A stretch of 64,000 bases of DNA from a virus (IMGVR_UViG_3300000944_000006:82380-146379), one strand, 5' to 3'; positions 29,153 through 38,149 are shown, numbered from the stretch's first letter. Notes: a model not told the origin generated them from the letters alone. A program made the numbers and translations.

Positions 29153-29270
29153 ACTCTTCACGATATATTTCCATAATAAGCTGTTCAGTTGACGTATCAT
29201 AATCTAAAGTCTCTTCTTTTTCAAGAACTTCTTTTCCTACATCATCTATCAAAAAATTTTTTTTATCCAT
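29142..29270 (-). CDS. 42-aa ORF duplicating the gp47 C-terminus
   Basis: DYDTSTEQLIMEIYREEC vs gp47 DFDDSTKQLMMQIYREEC. Confidence 0.6.
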   Translation of the reverse strand: MDKKNFLIDDVGKEVLEKEETLDYDTSTEQLIMEIYREECDT

Positions 29271-29276
29271 ATTTTT

Positions 29277-29495
29277 TCATTCACCAAACACCAATTCTTC
29301 ATTACATTTTTTACATATACCATAGACAATATTTTTTAAAGTAATGTCATCAAAAAAATTCTTTACAACAAATTTTCTGTGCCACTGCCCTGATGCCACA
29401 CATTCTTCATTAGAAGATAAACATAAAATATCGCAAGACAGACAGTTGCCTTCTTGTTCTTCGAAAAGTTTTTGTCTCTGTTTTCTTTTGTTCAT
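29277..29495 (-). CDS. Small Cys-rich protein, possibly a degenerate HNH
   Basis: LFEEQEGNCLSC...GICKKCNE. Confidence 0.5.
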   Translation of the reverse strand: MNKRKQRQKLFEEQEGNCLSCDILCLSSNEECVASGQWHRKFVVKNFFDDITLKNIVYGICKKCNEELVFGE

Positions 29496-29522
29496 AATTA
29501 TGTGATATCTACAATCTTATAT

Positions 29523-30542
29523 TTAAACACATTCTTCGCGATATATTTGCATCATTAATTGTTTTGTGGAATCATCGAAATCATTATTTTCCGAATACTG
29601 TCCAATAAATTTTAACTTGTTAGACATATCATAAATATTTTCTTCTTCGCTTTCAATCGTTTTTTTGTCAGATGTGTTTGTTTTTTTATTATCACCAGTT
29701 TGTTTAAAATCATGAGTTATTTCTTTAAGACGTTCCACATCTTCTTCATTCAATTCATCATCAGACTTTAAACGCACAAACATATCTTTAAGCGTCTCTA
29801 TGTCTTCTGGCATTTCATCTATATATGTGAACATTTTGAATGGAACTTCAACAGGGCTTATATCTCCTGTTTCGTCATCCATGATATGAAAATATTTTTG
29901 GTCATCAGCATCTGCCCATGTAAACTGAAATTGTGAACCGAAGTAGTGTATATTACCTATCGATGATTTGTGATGATAATGACCAGAACCTACAAAACCG
30001 TGTCTGGCAAATATGTCTTGACGCAGACCATGTTCAATTTTGATACCATCTTTATACATCTTAAAACCAGATATTTCGAAATGACCTAATAGGATATCAT
30101 ACTTTTCTGTTTTTATATTGTTTAAAATATCACCAGAATTTTGTGAATTAATCCAAGGGACAATACCAATTTTATTGGATGATGTTGAAAAAGATGTGTC
30201 TACAGAATCAGTGATAATCTTGATGTTAGAATATCCTTTTAGCAGAAGGTCTATAGAATTTATTTTATTTGAATCTTTATAATATACATCATGATTACCC
30301 AATGAAATTGTGATATCTATGTGCGTAAGCTTGTCGAATATTTTACGAGTATTATAAAGAATTTGATAGTCTATTATACGGCGCTTATCGAACACGTCAC
30401 CTATCATCAATATACTTGTGATATTGTGTGTTGACATATACTTGATAAGCCATATGAAAAAATCTTCTTGGTACTTCAAGAAGATTTTGGAATTGTTACG
30501 AGCGCCGAAGTGAATATCGGATAGAATAATATGCTTAGTCAT
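29523..30542 (-). CDS. gp47: Mre11/SbcD-like recombination nuclease
   Basis: SDIHFG, GDVFD, GNHD, GHFE, SGHYHH; upstream of gp46. Confidence 0.93.
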   Translation of the reverse strand: MTKHIILSDIHFGARNNSKIFLKYQEDFFIWLIKYMSTHNITSILMIGDVFDKRRIIDYQILYNTRKIFDKLTHIDITISLGNHDVYYKDSNKINSIDLLLKGYSNIKIITDSVDTSFSTSSNKIGIVPWINSQNSGDILNNIKTEKYDILLGHFEISGFKMYKDGIKIEHGLRQDIFARHGFVGSGHYHHKSSIGNIHYFGSQFQFTWADADDQKYFHIMDDETGDISPVEVPFKMFTYIDEMPEDIETLKDMFVRLKSDDELNEEDVERLKEITHDFKQTGDNKKTNTSDKKTIESEEENIYDMSNKLKFIGQYSENNDFDDSTKQLMMQIYREECV

Positions 30543-30723
30543 TTTTAGAAGACTCATTTTTTTTATTAAGAGTTTTACGCTCAAAATGGTCTGCACAAGC
30601 TTCTAACACATCAAACGCACATACATCACAAATGGCAGATGATTTATGCACAACCAGTAATACAATATTGTCAATATGTTTATCACAGAAAGAACAGTTT
30701 TGTGGAGTATTTTCTACATTCAT
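30535..30723 (-). CDS. Stand-alone ClpX-type C4 zinc-binding domain
   Basis: CSFCDKH...LLV...AICDVC matches the ClpX N-terminal CSFCGK...ICDEC pattern. Confidence 0.7.
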   Translation of the reverse strand: MNVENTPQNCSFCDKHIDNIVLLVVHKSSAICDVCAFDVLEACADHFERKTLNKKNESSKND

Positions 30724-30736
30724 ATTATTATTTTAT

Positions 30737-30829
30737 TTATGATATACACATCAGAAAAATTGATACCCATACAAATATTGCACATAAAGCTAATATTGAT
30801 AAAGATTTTCCAACAAGATTAGCAGACAT
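30737..30829 (-). CDS. 30-aa single-TM peptide
   Basis: Manual translation MSANLVGKSLSILALCAIFVWVSIFLMCIS; AAGGGA SD. Confidence 0.5.
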   Translation of the reverse strand: MSANLVGKSLSILALCAIFVWVSIFLMCIS

Positions 30830-30853
30830 AATTTTCCCTTAATGTATTAACGT

Positions 30854-30926
30854 GCGTGGGTAACTACTACATGCAATTACCCACGCGGGATATTGATGGT
30901 TAGAGGAGTAGATAACCATCAATATC
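30854..30926. other. Two adjacent perfect hairpins (10-bp and 14-bp stems)
   Basis: GCGTGGGTAA/TTACCCACGC and GATATTGATGGTTA/TAACCATCAATATC. Confidence 0.8.
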
Positions 30927-30984
30927 ATAAATCAAAGTTGACGACAATCATCCGTGATTTAAACGTACTATAAACACATGTTTT

Positions 30985-31416
30985 TTATTCGTCAACATAT
31001 TTTTCAAGAAATTTCTTATATGATGTTTCTTGTTCAGTATCTACTAACATATTTCTAATAACAGCTTCTTTAACTGTCGTTTGTCTTTTTTCCTTTTTAA
31101 TGTACCTGACAAATGCCTGTGACGCTATTGTTGTAAAATATGCAAATACATTTGTTGATTTATCTGGATTAAAATTATGCCAATACATAAAGCAGTTCAT
31201 GACACCTTCTGAAATCATGTCTTCTCTATATGTGTAGTTACTAAAATTATATCTTCCTGAAAGTTTCTTACAAAGAAGTTGATAGCATTCTATCACATAA
31301 GGGTCTTGCTCAAATGTGTCGAGTGTACCCATAACTTTATGATAGTTGTACCTGTTTTTTTGAACGATAAGATGTCTTAAGAAAACCTTCCCGTCTATAT
31401 AGTTTTTATTTTTCAT
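30985..31416 (-). CDS. gp55: Late-transcription sigma factor
   Basis: NYIDGK, YTYREDMISEG, NFNPDKSTNVFAYFTTI. Confidence 0.95.
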   Translation of the reverse strand: MKNKNYIDGKVFLRHLIVQKNRYNYHKVMGTLDTFEQDPYVIECYQLLCKKLSGRYNFSNYTYREDMISEGVMNCFMYWHNFNPDKSTNVFAYFTTIASQAFVRYIKKEKRQTTVKEAVIRNMLVDTEQETSYKKFLEKYVDE

Positions 31417-31470
31417 TGTTTTTATATGTCCTTTTTATTACAAATTATTAATTGGATTATCACGTTCTTG

Positions 31471-31692
31471 TTACTTGACAAAAGATATTTTGGCTGCGAA
31501 AAAAGCTAAGAGGGATTTTAAAATTGTTTTAAATATCTTAAACGTTAGTTTGAAACTTTCTAAAACATTATCTAAACCACATGTTAAGTCGACTTGATTA
31601 TTAAAAATTATAAAAAACAAATCTAAAAACAAAAAATAAAAACTATTTGGTTTAAACAATCTTCTTAATATCTTATACAGAATCTTTGCCAT
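31471..31692 (-). CDS. Hypothetical hydrophobic protein
   Basis: 73-aa ORF filling the uvsW-gp55 gap. Confidence 0.4.
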   Translation of the reverse strand: MAKILYKILRRLFKPNSFYFLFLDLFFIIFNNQVDLTCGLDNVLESFKLTFKIFKTILKSLLAFFAAKISFVK

Positions 31693-31700
31693 ATCTGCGT

Positions 31701-33161
31701 CTAAATTTTCACACTATGATAAATCACATTAAAACCATTTGAGTAATAAATTTTCAAACGGTCACTAAACTGTTTCATACAATAATTTTGTTTTGCTAAA
31801 TTTAAAGAAAAATCATCTACAATATCATGAACAACAACATGATTATCTTTACCATCTTTACGAAGTCCTCTCCCAATAGATTGTAGAACTTTCACTTTAC
31901 TTTTATAAGGTGATGCAAAATATACATGTTGAATATTCTTTATATTGATTCCTGTAGAAAATGTTTGATATGAAGCAAGTAAGATTACATCATCATTCTC
32001 TTCCATCACTTTTCTTATATTATCTCTTTCTTCAGTAGCTATAGAACCGTCGACATAAAAAACTTTCATTCCATCAAAAGCTTCTTTCAGATGATGTCCA
32101 TGATTTTCAATTCTTTGAAACAATATTAATTTATTTCCGCTTTCTGCGGAAACATCTTTAACCAGATATTCATTTCTTTTTTTATGTTCACCTATATGAA
32201 TCATCTCTTCTTGATAATTCATTCTCTTCACAATCTTAGATTCGGTCTTATCATATTCAAGATGATGAATTTTAATGTCACATTTGGATATACGATTTTG
32301 TTCAACTAACTGTTCATATGTAATGCTTTCATATACTGGCCCGAAGAGGCCCATAAGTTCCATCACATGTAATTGTACATCCTTAAGCGTTCCTGTGTAA
32401 CCGCGCTTGTACACGGCGTTTGTACAGCGTTGTATAATCGATTTTAAGCACTTTGCATCGCCGTGATGCACTTCATCGACTATAACCGCGTCAAATTGCT
32501 CAAAATAGCTGTCATCAAGCTTATGAAGGGATTGCCAAGTAGAAAAGACTACCTGCTTACCAACTTCCTTTGTAGCGCCCTTAAAAGCGTATATTTGTTG
32601 TATGGTATTTTCTGTCTTACCACCCGAATATTCAAAGAAGTCTTGCTCCATCTGTGCGATAAGTGTCGTGGTGGGATAAAGTACAAGTATTTTACAATCT
32701 GGGATTTTATTAAGAATATATTGTGTACTGTAATATATAATCGCAGACTTACCAGATGATGTAGGTGAAAGTGTAAGTCCTTTAGGGCTTTTAGCTGCTT
32801 TTACGATAGCTTTGATTTGGTCTTTGTAAGGCGTCCCTATTTCGAACGGCGTGTTCTTTATAAATTCAGCAACATCAGACATATTAAAGTCATCATCGTC
32901 TGGATTGTAATCTGTTTCGTAAGGTATATTTTTATTGTCAAGGTATTGTGTGACCGCGCCAAATAGACCTATCGGGAAACGCCCTGCTTTTGTTACAAGA
33001 TGTCTGTATCCGTCCCAATATTCGTTTGTAGAATGTCTATGGCTTTCGTCATAATAAGCAAAGAATTTGTAAAGTGTCTTAAGAAAATCCTTGTCTTGTG
33101 TATGGATTTTACAAAAAGTCTCGTCTGTTTTTACAATTATAATATCTTCTGGATAGCTTAT
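31701..33161 (-). CDS. uvsW: SF2 helicase; N-terminus extended to a probable ATA start
   Basis: PTSSGKS, VDEVHH, TGT, QSIGRGLR. Frame is open upstream of ATG 32882 and encodes the UvsW N-domain (YWDG..RH, PIGL). Confidence 0.9.
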   Translation of the reverse strand: MSYPEDIIIVKTDETFCKIHTQDKDFLKTLYKFFAYYDESHRHSTNEYWDGYRHLVTKAGRFPIGLFGAVTQYLDNKNIPYETDYNPDDDDFNMSDVAEFIKNTPFEIGTPYKDQIKAIVKAAKSPKGLTLSPTSSGKSAIIYYSTQYILNKIPDCKILVLYPTTTLIAQMEQDFFEYSGGKTENTIQQIYAFKGATKEVGKQVVFSTWQSLHKLDDSYFEQFDAVIVDEVHHGDAKCLKSIIQRCTNAVYKRGYTGTLKDVQLHVMELMGLFGPVYESITYEQLVEQNRISKCDIKIHHLEYDKTESKIVKRMNYQEEMIHIGEHKKRNEYLVKDVSAESGNKLILFQRIENHGHHLKEAFDGMKVFYVDGSIATEERDNIRKVMEENDDVILLASYQTFSTGINIKNIQHVYFASPYKSKVKVLQSIGRGLRKDGKDNHVVVHDIVDDFSLNLAKQNYCMKQFSDRLKIYYSNGFNVIYHSVKI

Positions 33162-33571
33162 GAAGACCCTGATACGAACTTTTGATAGTCTAGTGCCGCG
33201 CGTATATGAAGACCACGATGTTCAATTTGTTTTAAAATTTTATCAAGCGTTTTAAATTTAACATCTAAAAGCTTTTTGTCTTTTTTAAGAGCGATGATAT
33301 CTGCGTCACCTTCAATAAATAACTTAAGGTCTGTCGCGTTAACAATTTTCTTTGCGTATGGTCTATCCGTCCATCCTTTGTAGAATTTTACTTTTTCTAC
33401 TGTAAGTGCATCAATCTTAGCTTCGACAATGATTATGTCTTTTGAAATGGCATTTTGAAAGCGCATATATTTTGAATATAATTTTGGTATAGATAAGGCT
33501 TCTGTATCAAGACGCATTTCGTCTATATCTTTATCATCATCCCAAGCTTGTTCTATTTCTTTAAGTGTCAT
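33158..33571 (-). CDS. uvsY: Recombination mediator
   Basis: WDDDKDID...IPKLYSKY...RGLHIRAALDYQKF; adjacent to uvsW. Confidence 0.88.
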   Translation of the reverse strand: MTLKEIEQAWDDDKDIDEMRLDTEALSIPKLYSKYMRFQNAISKDIIIVEAKIDALTVEKVKFYKGWTDRPYAKKIVNATDLKLFIEGDADIIALKKDKKLLDVKFKTLDKILKQIEHRGLHIRAALDYQKFVSGSS

Positions 33572-33616
33572 AGTTATACTTGTAATGTTATAGTATATCT
33601 TTGTCAAGTATTAATT

Positions 33617-33660
33617 TATACTTAGACTATATTTGAACTATACTTAGTCTATACTTAACT
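33617..33660. repeat. Four tandem imperfect 11-bp repeats
   Basis: Minus strand: AGTTAAGTATA GACTAAGTATA GTTCAAATATA GTCTAAGTATA. Confidence 0.75.
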
Positions 33661-33666
33661 TTACTG

Positions 33667-34578
33667 TTAAGTCATGTAATCATCCATAACAAAATACCAT
33701 TGAAGGCCGAAGTTACTTGGTCTGGTTTCGCCTGCTGAAGTAACGACAGCACGTACTGTTTTACCACCCCCGCTATTTACAGACGTATTAACTGGGTTAC
33801 TAGGATTGCGCGCTTGTGCATGGGTTTGAAATTCTCCAAATGACAATGCATTACCACCTAAATTACGGTCAAAAGCACCTTCTATATTAGTGGGATATAT
33901 AAGGTCTACGCCATTTTCTGCTACTAAAGACGGCCAACGTGACGCAAAGATAGGATAATCAATCGCCCCATTTGGAATTGTTCTACCATATACTGCTGAT
34001 AATCCTTGTACAACACCTTCAAGATTTGGCGGGCCTTTACGGACAAATCCAATTTCAGGGTCTGCTCCAACAACAGATTTTTTAAAACCAATCCGTGTTA
34101 TTTCATATCTAAATGTACTGCTTTGCGTTTCGGCTCTAAAGCGAATACGACCAGACGCTAAGTCAACATCTGTTACATTATCAAAAGCTAAGAACTGATT
34201 GTCGAAATGTGTGGCGAGTACACCTTGCTGTTTATCACGTAAAATGTCTTCAATTCTTATAGATGCAATAGGCGCTGCCCATAAAGGTTCACCCGTAGTT
34301 GTAGCAACACGTCTAAAACTAACTTCCAAAATATCAACATCAGTTAGTAAATTAAGACCTGTTTCAACAATACCTATTTGATTATCTGCTATAATGATAC
34401 CGTCAGTCCAAGCAGGTGCAACATCAATGATAACACTTGTATGTACTCTTGATATTTCAACAATAGTTTCTACACTACTTTGTGAAGTAGTGTCTGGGGT
34501 ATTTATATTATTATTATTAAATTTATTTGGAAAAAAGCTGCCGTTACGATTAAACATATTTTTTACCTTCTTTACCAC
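33667..34578 (-). CDS. Virion fibre/collar-like protein
   Basis: C-terminal GEFQ...GETRPSNFGLQWY resembles tail-collar ends; late operon. Confidence 0.55.
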   Translation of the reverse strand: MVKKVKNMFNRNGSFFPNKFNNNNINTPDTTSQSSVETIVEISRVHTSVIIDVAPAWTDGIIIADNQIGIVETGLNLLTDVDILEVSFRRVATTTGEPLWAAPIASIRIEDILRDKQQGVLATHFDNQFLAFDNVTDVDLASGRIRFRAETQSSTFRYEITRIGFKKSVVGADPEIGFVRKGPPNLEGVVQGLSAVYGRTIPNGAIDYPIFASRWPSLVAENGVDLIYPTNIEGAFDRNLGGNALSFGEFQTHAQARNPSNPVNTSVNSGGGKTVRAVVTSAGETRPSNFGLQWYFVMDDYMT

Positions 34579-34886
34579 ATAACTTCAAAAGCACATGCTT
34601 CAGTTATAGAAACTACTCTAAGACCACTAATATTACCGATAAGAATATCCCCAGAATCTTCTGTGACTTCGCCTATAGACCAATCTGTCCATCGTGCAGT
34701 ATCGTTTTCAAAAGAAGAAAATGGTGATACACTAAATTGAACTTTCGCTGTTCCTGTAGGGTAAATCATGATAGAAATACTTGTGTCTGTATCTGATATA
34801 ATTTCAACAACATCAGACGTTGCGCCGCTCACTACTTCACCAGAAGCAAATGTTCTAAAATTTTCTCTTGTAGTTTGTATCGCCAT
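34572..34886 (-). CDS. Hypothetical late (beta-rich, probably structural) protein
   Basis: 104 aa downstream of TATAAATA. Confidence 0.55.
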   Translation of the reverse strand: MAIQTTRENFRTFASGEVVSGATSDVVEIISDTDTSISIMIYPTGTAKVQFSVSPFSSFENDTARWTDWSIGEVTEDSGDILIGNISGLRVVSITEACAFEVMW

Positions 34887-34916
34887 GAAAGTGCCTTGAT
34901 GTATACGTTATTGTAA

Positions 34917-34924
34917 TATTTATA
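34917..34924 (-). promoter_or_regulatory. Late promoter (leadered)
   Basis: TATAAATA about 30 nt before ATG 34886, with AAGG SD. Confidence 0.65.
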
Positions 34925-34927
34925 TTA

Positions 34928-35470
34928 TTAGAAACGTCTGAAGTCTAATCTGTCCACATTGAACGCTGTGGTAAACGACATTTTGTCCACAGGATTTGTG
35001 TAATCAAATTCAACGTTACCTACACGAAGAGGGAAACATCCTTCGAACGTAAATTGTCCAATCGGCGTTGCATTGTTTGATAAAAGATATACTATAATTT
35101 CTTGCTTACCACTTGGCGATGCAGACACATTAGGTCTATTCGGATTGCAGTCTATTGTCGGATTTGTATCTTTAAACCAATTTAAGATTGCTTCATACAC
35201 ACGAAAGTCTTCGTCTAAAGATAATGTGATAGACAATTCTTCGTATTCAGGCTTATCGCCCGCGTGTTTAATATCTAAGAAAGGCGTGTTCTGAACGGTT
35301 ATCCCTTGTGTTATCGAAGGTATAGAAAGTTCTTTTGTGAAATAGACCAATTCAGGTAAGTTCGGTATTTGCACGGCAAAGTTGTTAGATTTTGAATCGT
35401 TATAGTTAAAACTTGCAATAAATTCTTGCTGTTTTTGGAAAAGGATTTCGAATTTTTCTTCATCAGTCAT
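34928..35470 (-). CDS. gp3: Tail tube terminator / tail completion protein
   Basis: NNFAVQIP...SIPSITQG...DEDFRVYEAILNW; start set at 35470 by promoter geometry. Confidence 0.8.
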   Translation of the reverse strand: MTDEEKFEILFQKQQEFIASFNYNDSKSNNFAVQIPNLPELVYFTKELSIPSITQGITVQNTPFLDIKHAGDKPEYEELSITLSLDEDFRVYEAILNWFKDTNPTIDCNPNRPNVSASPSGKQEIIVYLLSNNATPIGQFTFEGCFPLRVGNVEFDYTNPVDKMSFTTAFNVDRLDFRRF

Positions 35471-35475
35471 GTGTA

Positions 35476-35483
35476 TATTTATA
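35476..35483 (-). promoter_or_regulatory. Late promoter, leaderless configuration
   Basis: TATAAATA-TACAC-ATG. Confidence 0.75.
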
Positions 35484-35553
35484 CAGAATATGAAGTCTTT
35501 ACATCTAAGATGATTTGGTGTAATATTTGGTTTTATTATGAAGGTGTTGTTTC

Positions 35554-35847
35554 GTGGAAATGAAAGTTTATAAAAAAGTTTATATCGAAGGGTTTCTGGA
35601 ATATAGTCATATGCGAAACAAATTTTGTATTGCACATGGCAAGAAATATTTGTTTATAGAAACAACATCAGAAATAAGCGACTTAAGAGAGACACTTGTT
35701 CCTCATATAAACATATTTAAAAAAGTATGTTTTTATTTTGAGTTTTGTTTTATTGAAAAAACACCAACAAGTAATGCTGATTATAAAATTTCAAACGGAA
35801 GTTCTGATGTAAGATTCTGTTTGGCTGAAGAGGATTATATGTCATGA
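35554..35847 (+). CDS. YKYK-related small protein (KVYIEG subgroup)
   Basis: YKKVYIEG...KVCFYF. Confidence 0.65.
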   Translation: MEMKVYKKVYIEGFLEYSHMRNKFCIAHGKKYLFIETTSEISDLRETLVPHINIFKKVCFYFEFCFIEKTPTSNADYKISNGSSDVRFCLAEEDYMS

Positions 35848-36155
35848 TGTATGAAAAAGTTTATATCAAAGGCGAAGTATATGAAACATACTTAGGTAAA
35901 TACACAATGTGGTTTAAAGGCGATTTCACTTCTTCTATAATTTTTCCTGAATTTATGGCTGAACGTTTAAGAGAGCATCTTGGAGAAATTGTAAAAATAG
36001 AAGTTAAAAAATTTAATATCGATAGAATATCAAATACTAAAAGTGTTTATTATGGTTTAATTGATGAAAATCAGCGCTTAGTGATTCGTAGTAAAAACAA
36101 TGTACAGGTGTGGGATAACGGTATTTGTCAAACATACGAGTATTTAAAGATATGA
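35844..36155 (+). CDS. YKYK-related small protein (KVYIxG subgroup)
   Basis: YEKVYIKG; overlap-coupled. Confidence 0.65.
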   Translation: MMYEKVYIKGEVYETYLGKYTMWFKGDFTSSIIFPEFMAERLREHLGEIVKIEVKKFNIDRISNTKSVYYGLIDENQRLVIRSKNNVQVWDNGICQTYEYLKI

Positions 36156-36469
36156 AGAAAATTAAATTCGAAGGCTATATCTACGCTCATTACATATTAC
36201 CTATTTTACAAACTGAATGGGAAGACACAGAAGATAATACAACTTACATAAGTCTTATCTTTAAAAAAGAATTTCCTAGAAATATGGAAAACAATTATAT
36301 TAATCGTTTAGATTATTCTTCCTATGTAGGCACTAATGAAAAAGTGTGTGTCTATATTGCATGTGAAGGATATAAAAAAAGATATCATATATCTGGTGCG
36401 AATACGGTTGATAATGTAATTAAACTTGTTGACATTACAAGTATCCATGTTGAAAAGATTGGCAAATGA
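36152..36469 (+). CDS. YKYK-related small protein
   Basis: MKKIKFEG...KVCVYI. Confidence 0.6.
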   Translation: MKKIKFEGYIYAHYILPILQTEWEDTEDNTTYISLIFKKEFPRNMENNYINRLDYSSYVGTNEKVCVYIACEGYKKRYHISGANTVDNVIKLVDITSIHVEKIGK

Positions 36470-36777
36470 CTACATGCATAGGTAAATATAAATTTATGGG
36501 GTATGTAACGTTCTTTACTAAAAATCATGAAACAGGATGGATAACACCTTGTAAAGATGTTGCAGATGTAATGAAATTAGACAACAAGGTTTCTTATATT
36601 TGGTTTGGAAGCATTTTAAATTCTAAAGATGAATTGATAGACTCTTTAAGACGTAGTGGTAAAAATAAAATTACATTATATTTTGTTGGAAATATAACAA
36701 CGTCTAAAGATAGTGGTGGTAACAAATGTATAGCCATAAAAGAATTGTACGACTATAAAGTGATGCCTTATGAATAA
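36466..36777 (+). CDS. YKYK-family protein, cold-shock-domain-like pattern
   Basis: KYKFMGYVTFF...GWITP...KITLYF. Confidence 0.7.
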   Translation: MTTCIGKYKFMGYVTFFTKNHETGWITPCKDVADVMKLDNKVSYIWFGSILNSKDELIDSLRRSGKNKITLYFVGNITTSKDSGGNKCIAIKELYDYKVMPYE

Positions 36778-37057
36778 GTACAAGTTTACGGGATATGCTC
36801 ATATTAGTGAAAGTATTAGTAATGGATGGTTATTACCTTGCAAAGAACTGGCAGACTTAAAGAGTCCACAATTTTCCGAACTGCCTTATCTTTGGGTAGG
36901 GATTGTTTCTAAAATATTTTTTTATGATGATTTGCGCGAGTATAATGGTCGTAAAATTACATTATATTTTGATGGTGAAGTTAGTCATCAAAAAAGCGGT
37001 TTTAACACAACACATATTCAAATAGAGACGTTACAAAATTACAAAATCTGCGAGTAG
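36770..37057 (+). CDS. YKYK-family protein, paralogue of the previous gene
   Basis: KYKFTGY...GWLLPCKE...KITLYF. Confidence 0.7.
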   Translation: MNKYKFTGYAHISESISNGWLLPCKELADLKSPQFSELPYLWVGIVSKIFFYDDLREYNGRKITLYFDGEVSHQKSGFNTTHIQIETLQNYKICE

Positions 37058-37061
37058 TAAT

Positions 37062-37343
37062 ATGATAGAATTAGAAAAAGTTTATATTGAAGGTGAATTA
37101 GATATTACTTCATTTCTACCTAGTGGTGAAAAAACATATTATATTAGCTATAAAACAAACGGCATAGTTATATACAATCAATGTTATTTTAAATTTCCAA
37201 ACGCTAATGCAGTATTTGAAAAATTAACCGTTGGTAATACATATAGAATAAGTTTTAGAAAAATATTTGTCGAAAAGAATGATGACCAATATTGGTGTTT
37301 TATACATAGCGTTCAAGGAGAATTAAAAATAGATGAAATTTAG
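37062..37343 (+). CDS. YKYK-related small protein (KVYIEG subgroup)
   Basis: EKVYIEGE...GNTYRISF. Confidence 0.65.
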   Translation: MIELEKVYIEGELDITSFLPSGEKTYYISYKTNGIVIYNQCYFKFPNANAVFEKLTVGNTYRISFRKIFVEKNDDQYWCFIHSVQGELKIDEI

Positions 37344-38086
37344 ACATAAAAGTAATCTTTCCAGTGCTTAGATACCATTCTACCTTGCATACAGCTTGTC
37401 GTAACGCCAATAGAACGTGCTGCTTCTACTTGTGACGAGTAAACTATTCCTTCCACAGAAACGCTCTTTGAAGAACCTTTTCGTACATGTCTAGGTCGTT
37501 TCTTAACAGGTGTTTCTACGAAGTTCCAACCGTTTTCTACAGGTGTTATTATTTTCTTTCTGGCACAAGTTTCTGTTATGTTATATTTTATAGAAGCATC
37601 TTTTATAGACGGGTATATGACACTATTTACAATCACACGTTTAGAATTTCCTTCACCAATCTTTTTCTTATGTTCTTCTGATTTTTTGACACCTTTGCGA
37701 TTATCTGACATCATCTTTCGAACTTCGTCTGTATAAATTTTACCACACATACCACCTGTGGATTGATTATAATTTGTTTTTTGTCTTATGAAATCTTTAG
37801 TGACAATTTCGATTTCTTTGTCAATCATTTCTTGACGCGTTTCGAATATATGTAGAACATCTTTTTTGAAGTTATGTTTACCATACTTTTTTAAGGCTTG
37901 TTTGATAGCTGTTCCAGAACCAAAGTACCTGTCGTTTGGATTTGTCGTTTTATGAACACCTATGTAGATTTTGCTGTTGATAAGATTTGTGGTTTTATAT
38001 ACAGTGTATAAATATGGTTTAGCTGACATTAGGTTTATCTTTCTTTGAATGTTAGAGAAGTGGATGCTTGAACATCGCGACTTCAT
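37340..38086 (-). mobile_element. Seg-like GIY-YIG homing endonuclease with NUMOD-like C-terminal motifs
   Basis: TVYKTTNLINSKIYIGVH...YFGSG; GVKKSEEHKKKI; YPSIKDA. Directly downstream of gp23. Confidence 0.88.
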
Positions 38087-38091
38087 ATTAT

Positions 38092-38099
38092 TATTTATA
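38092..38099 (-). promoter_or_regulatory. Late promoter, leaderless configuration
   Basis: TATAAATA-ATAAT-ATG(38086). Confidence 0.7.
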
Positions 38100-38122
38100 A
38101 CGTTTGTTTAAAAATTACACAT

Positions 38123-38149
38123 AAAAAAACCGCCTCGAAAGGCGGTTTT
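38123..38149 (-). terminator. Intrinsic terminator after gp23
   Basis: AAAACCGCC-TTTCGA-GGCGGTTTTTTT. Confidence 0.9.

Noticed and set aside
35471-35635. Longer ORF-track start for gp3 (35635)
   Set aside because: It overlaps a plus-strand gene and runs through the late promoter; 35470 fits promoter geometry.
38007-38014. Plus-strand TATAAATA inside the GIY-YIG gene
   Set aside because: Explained by Tyr-Leu-Tyr codons on the coding strand; no downstream gene.
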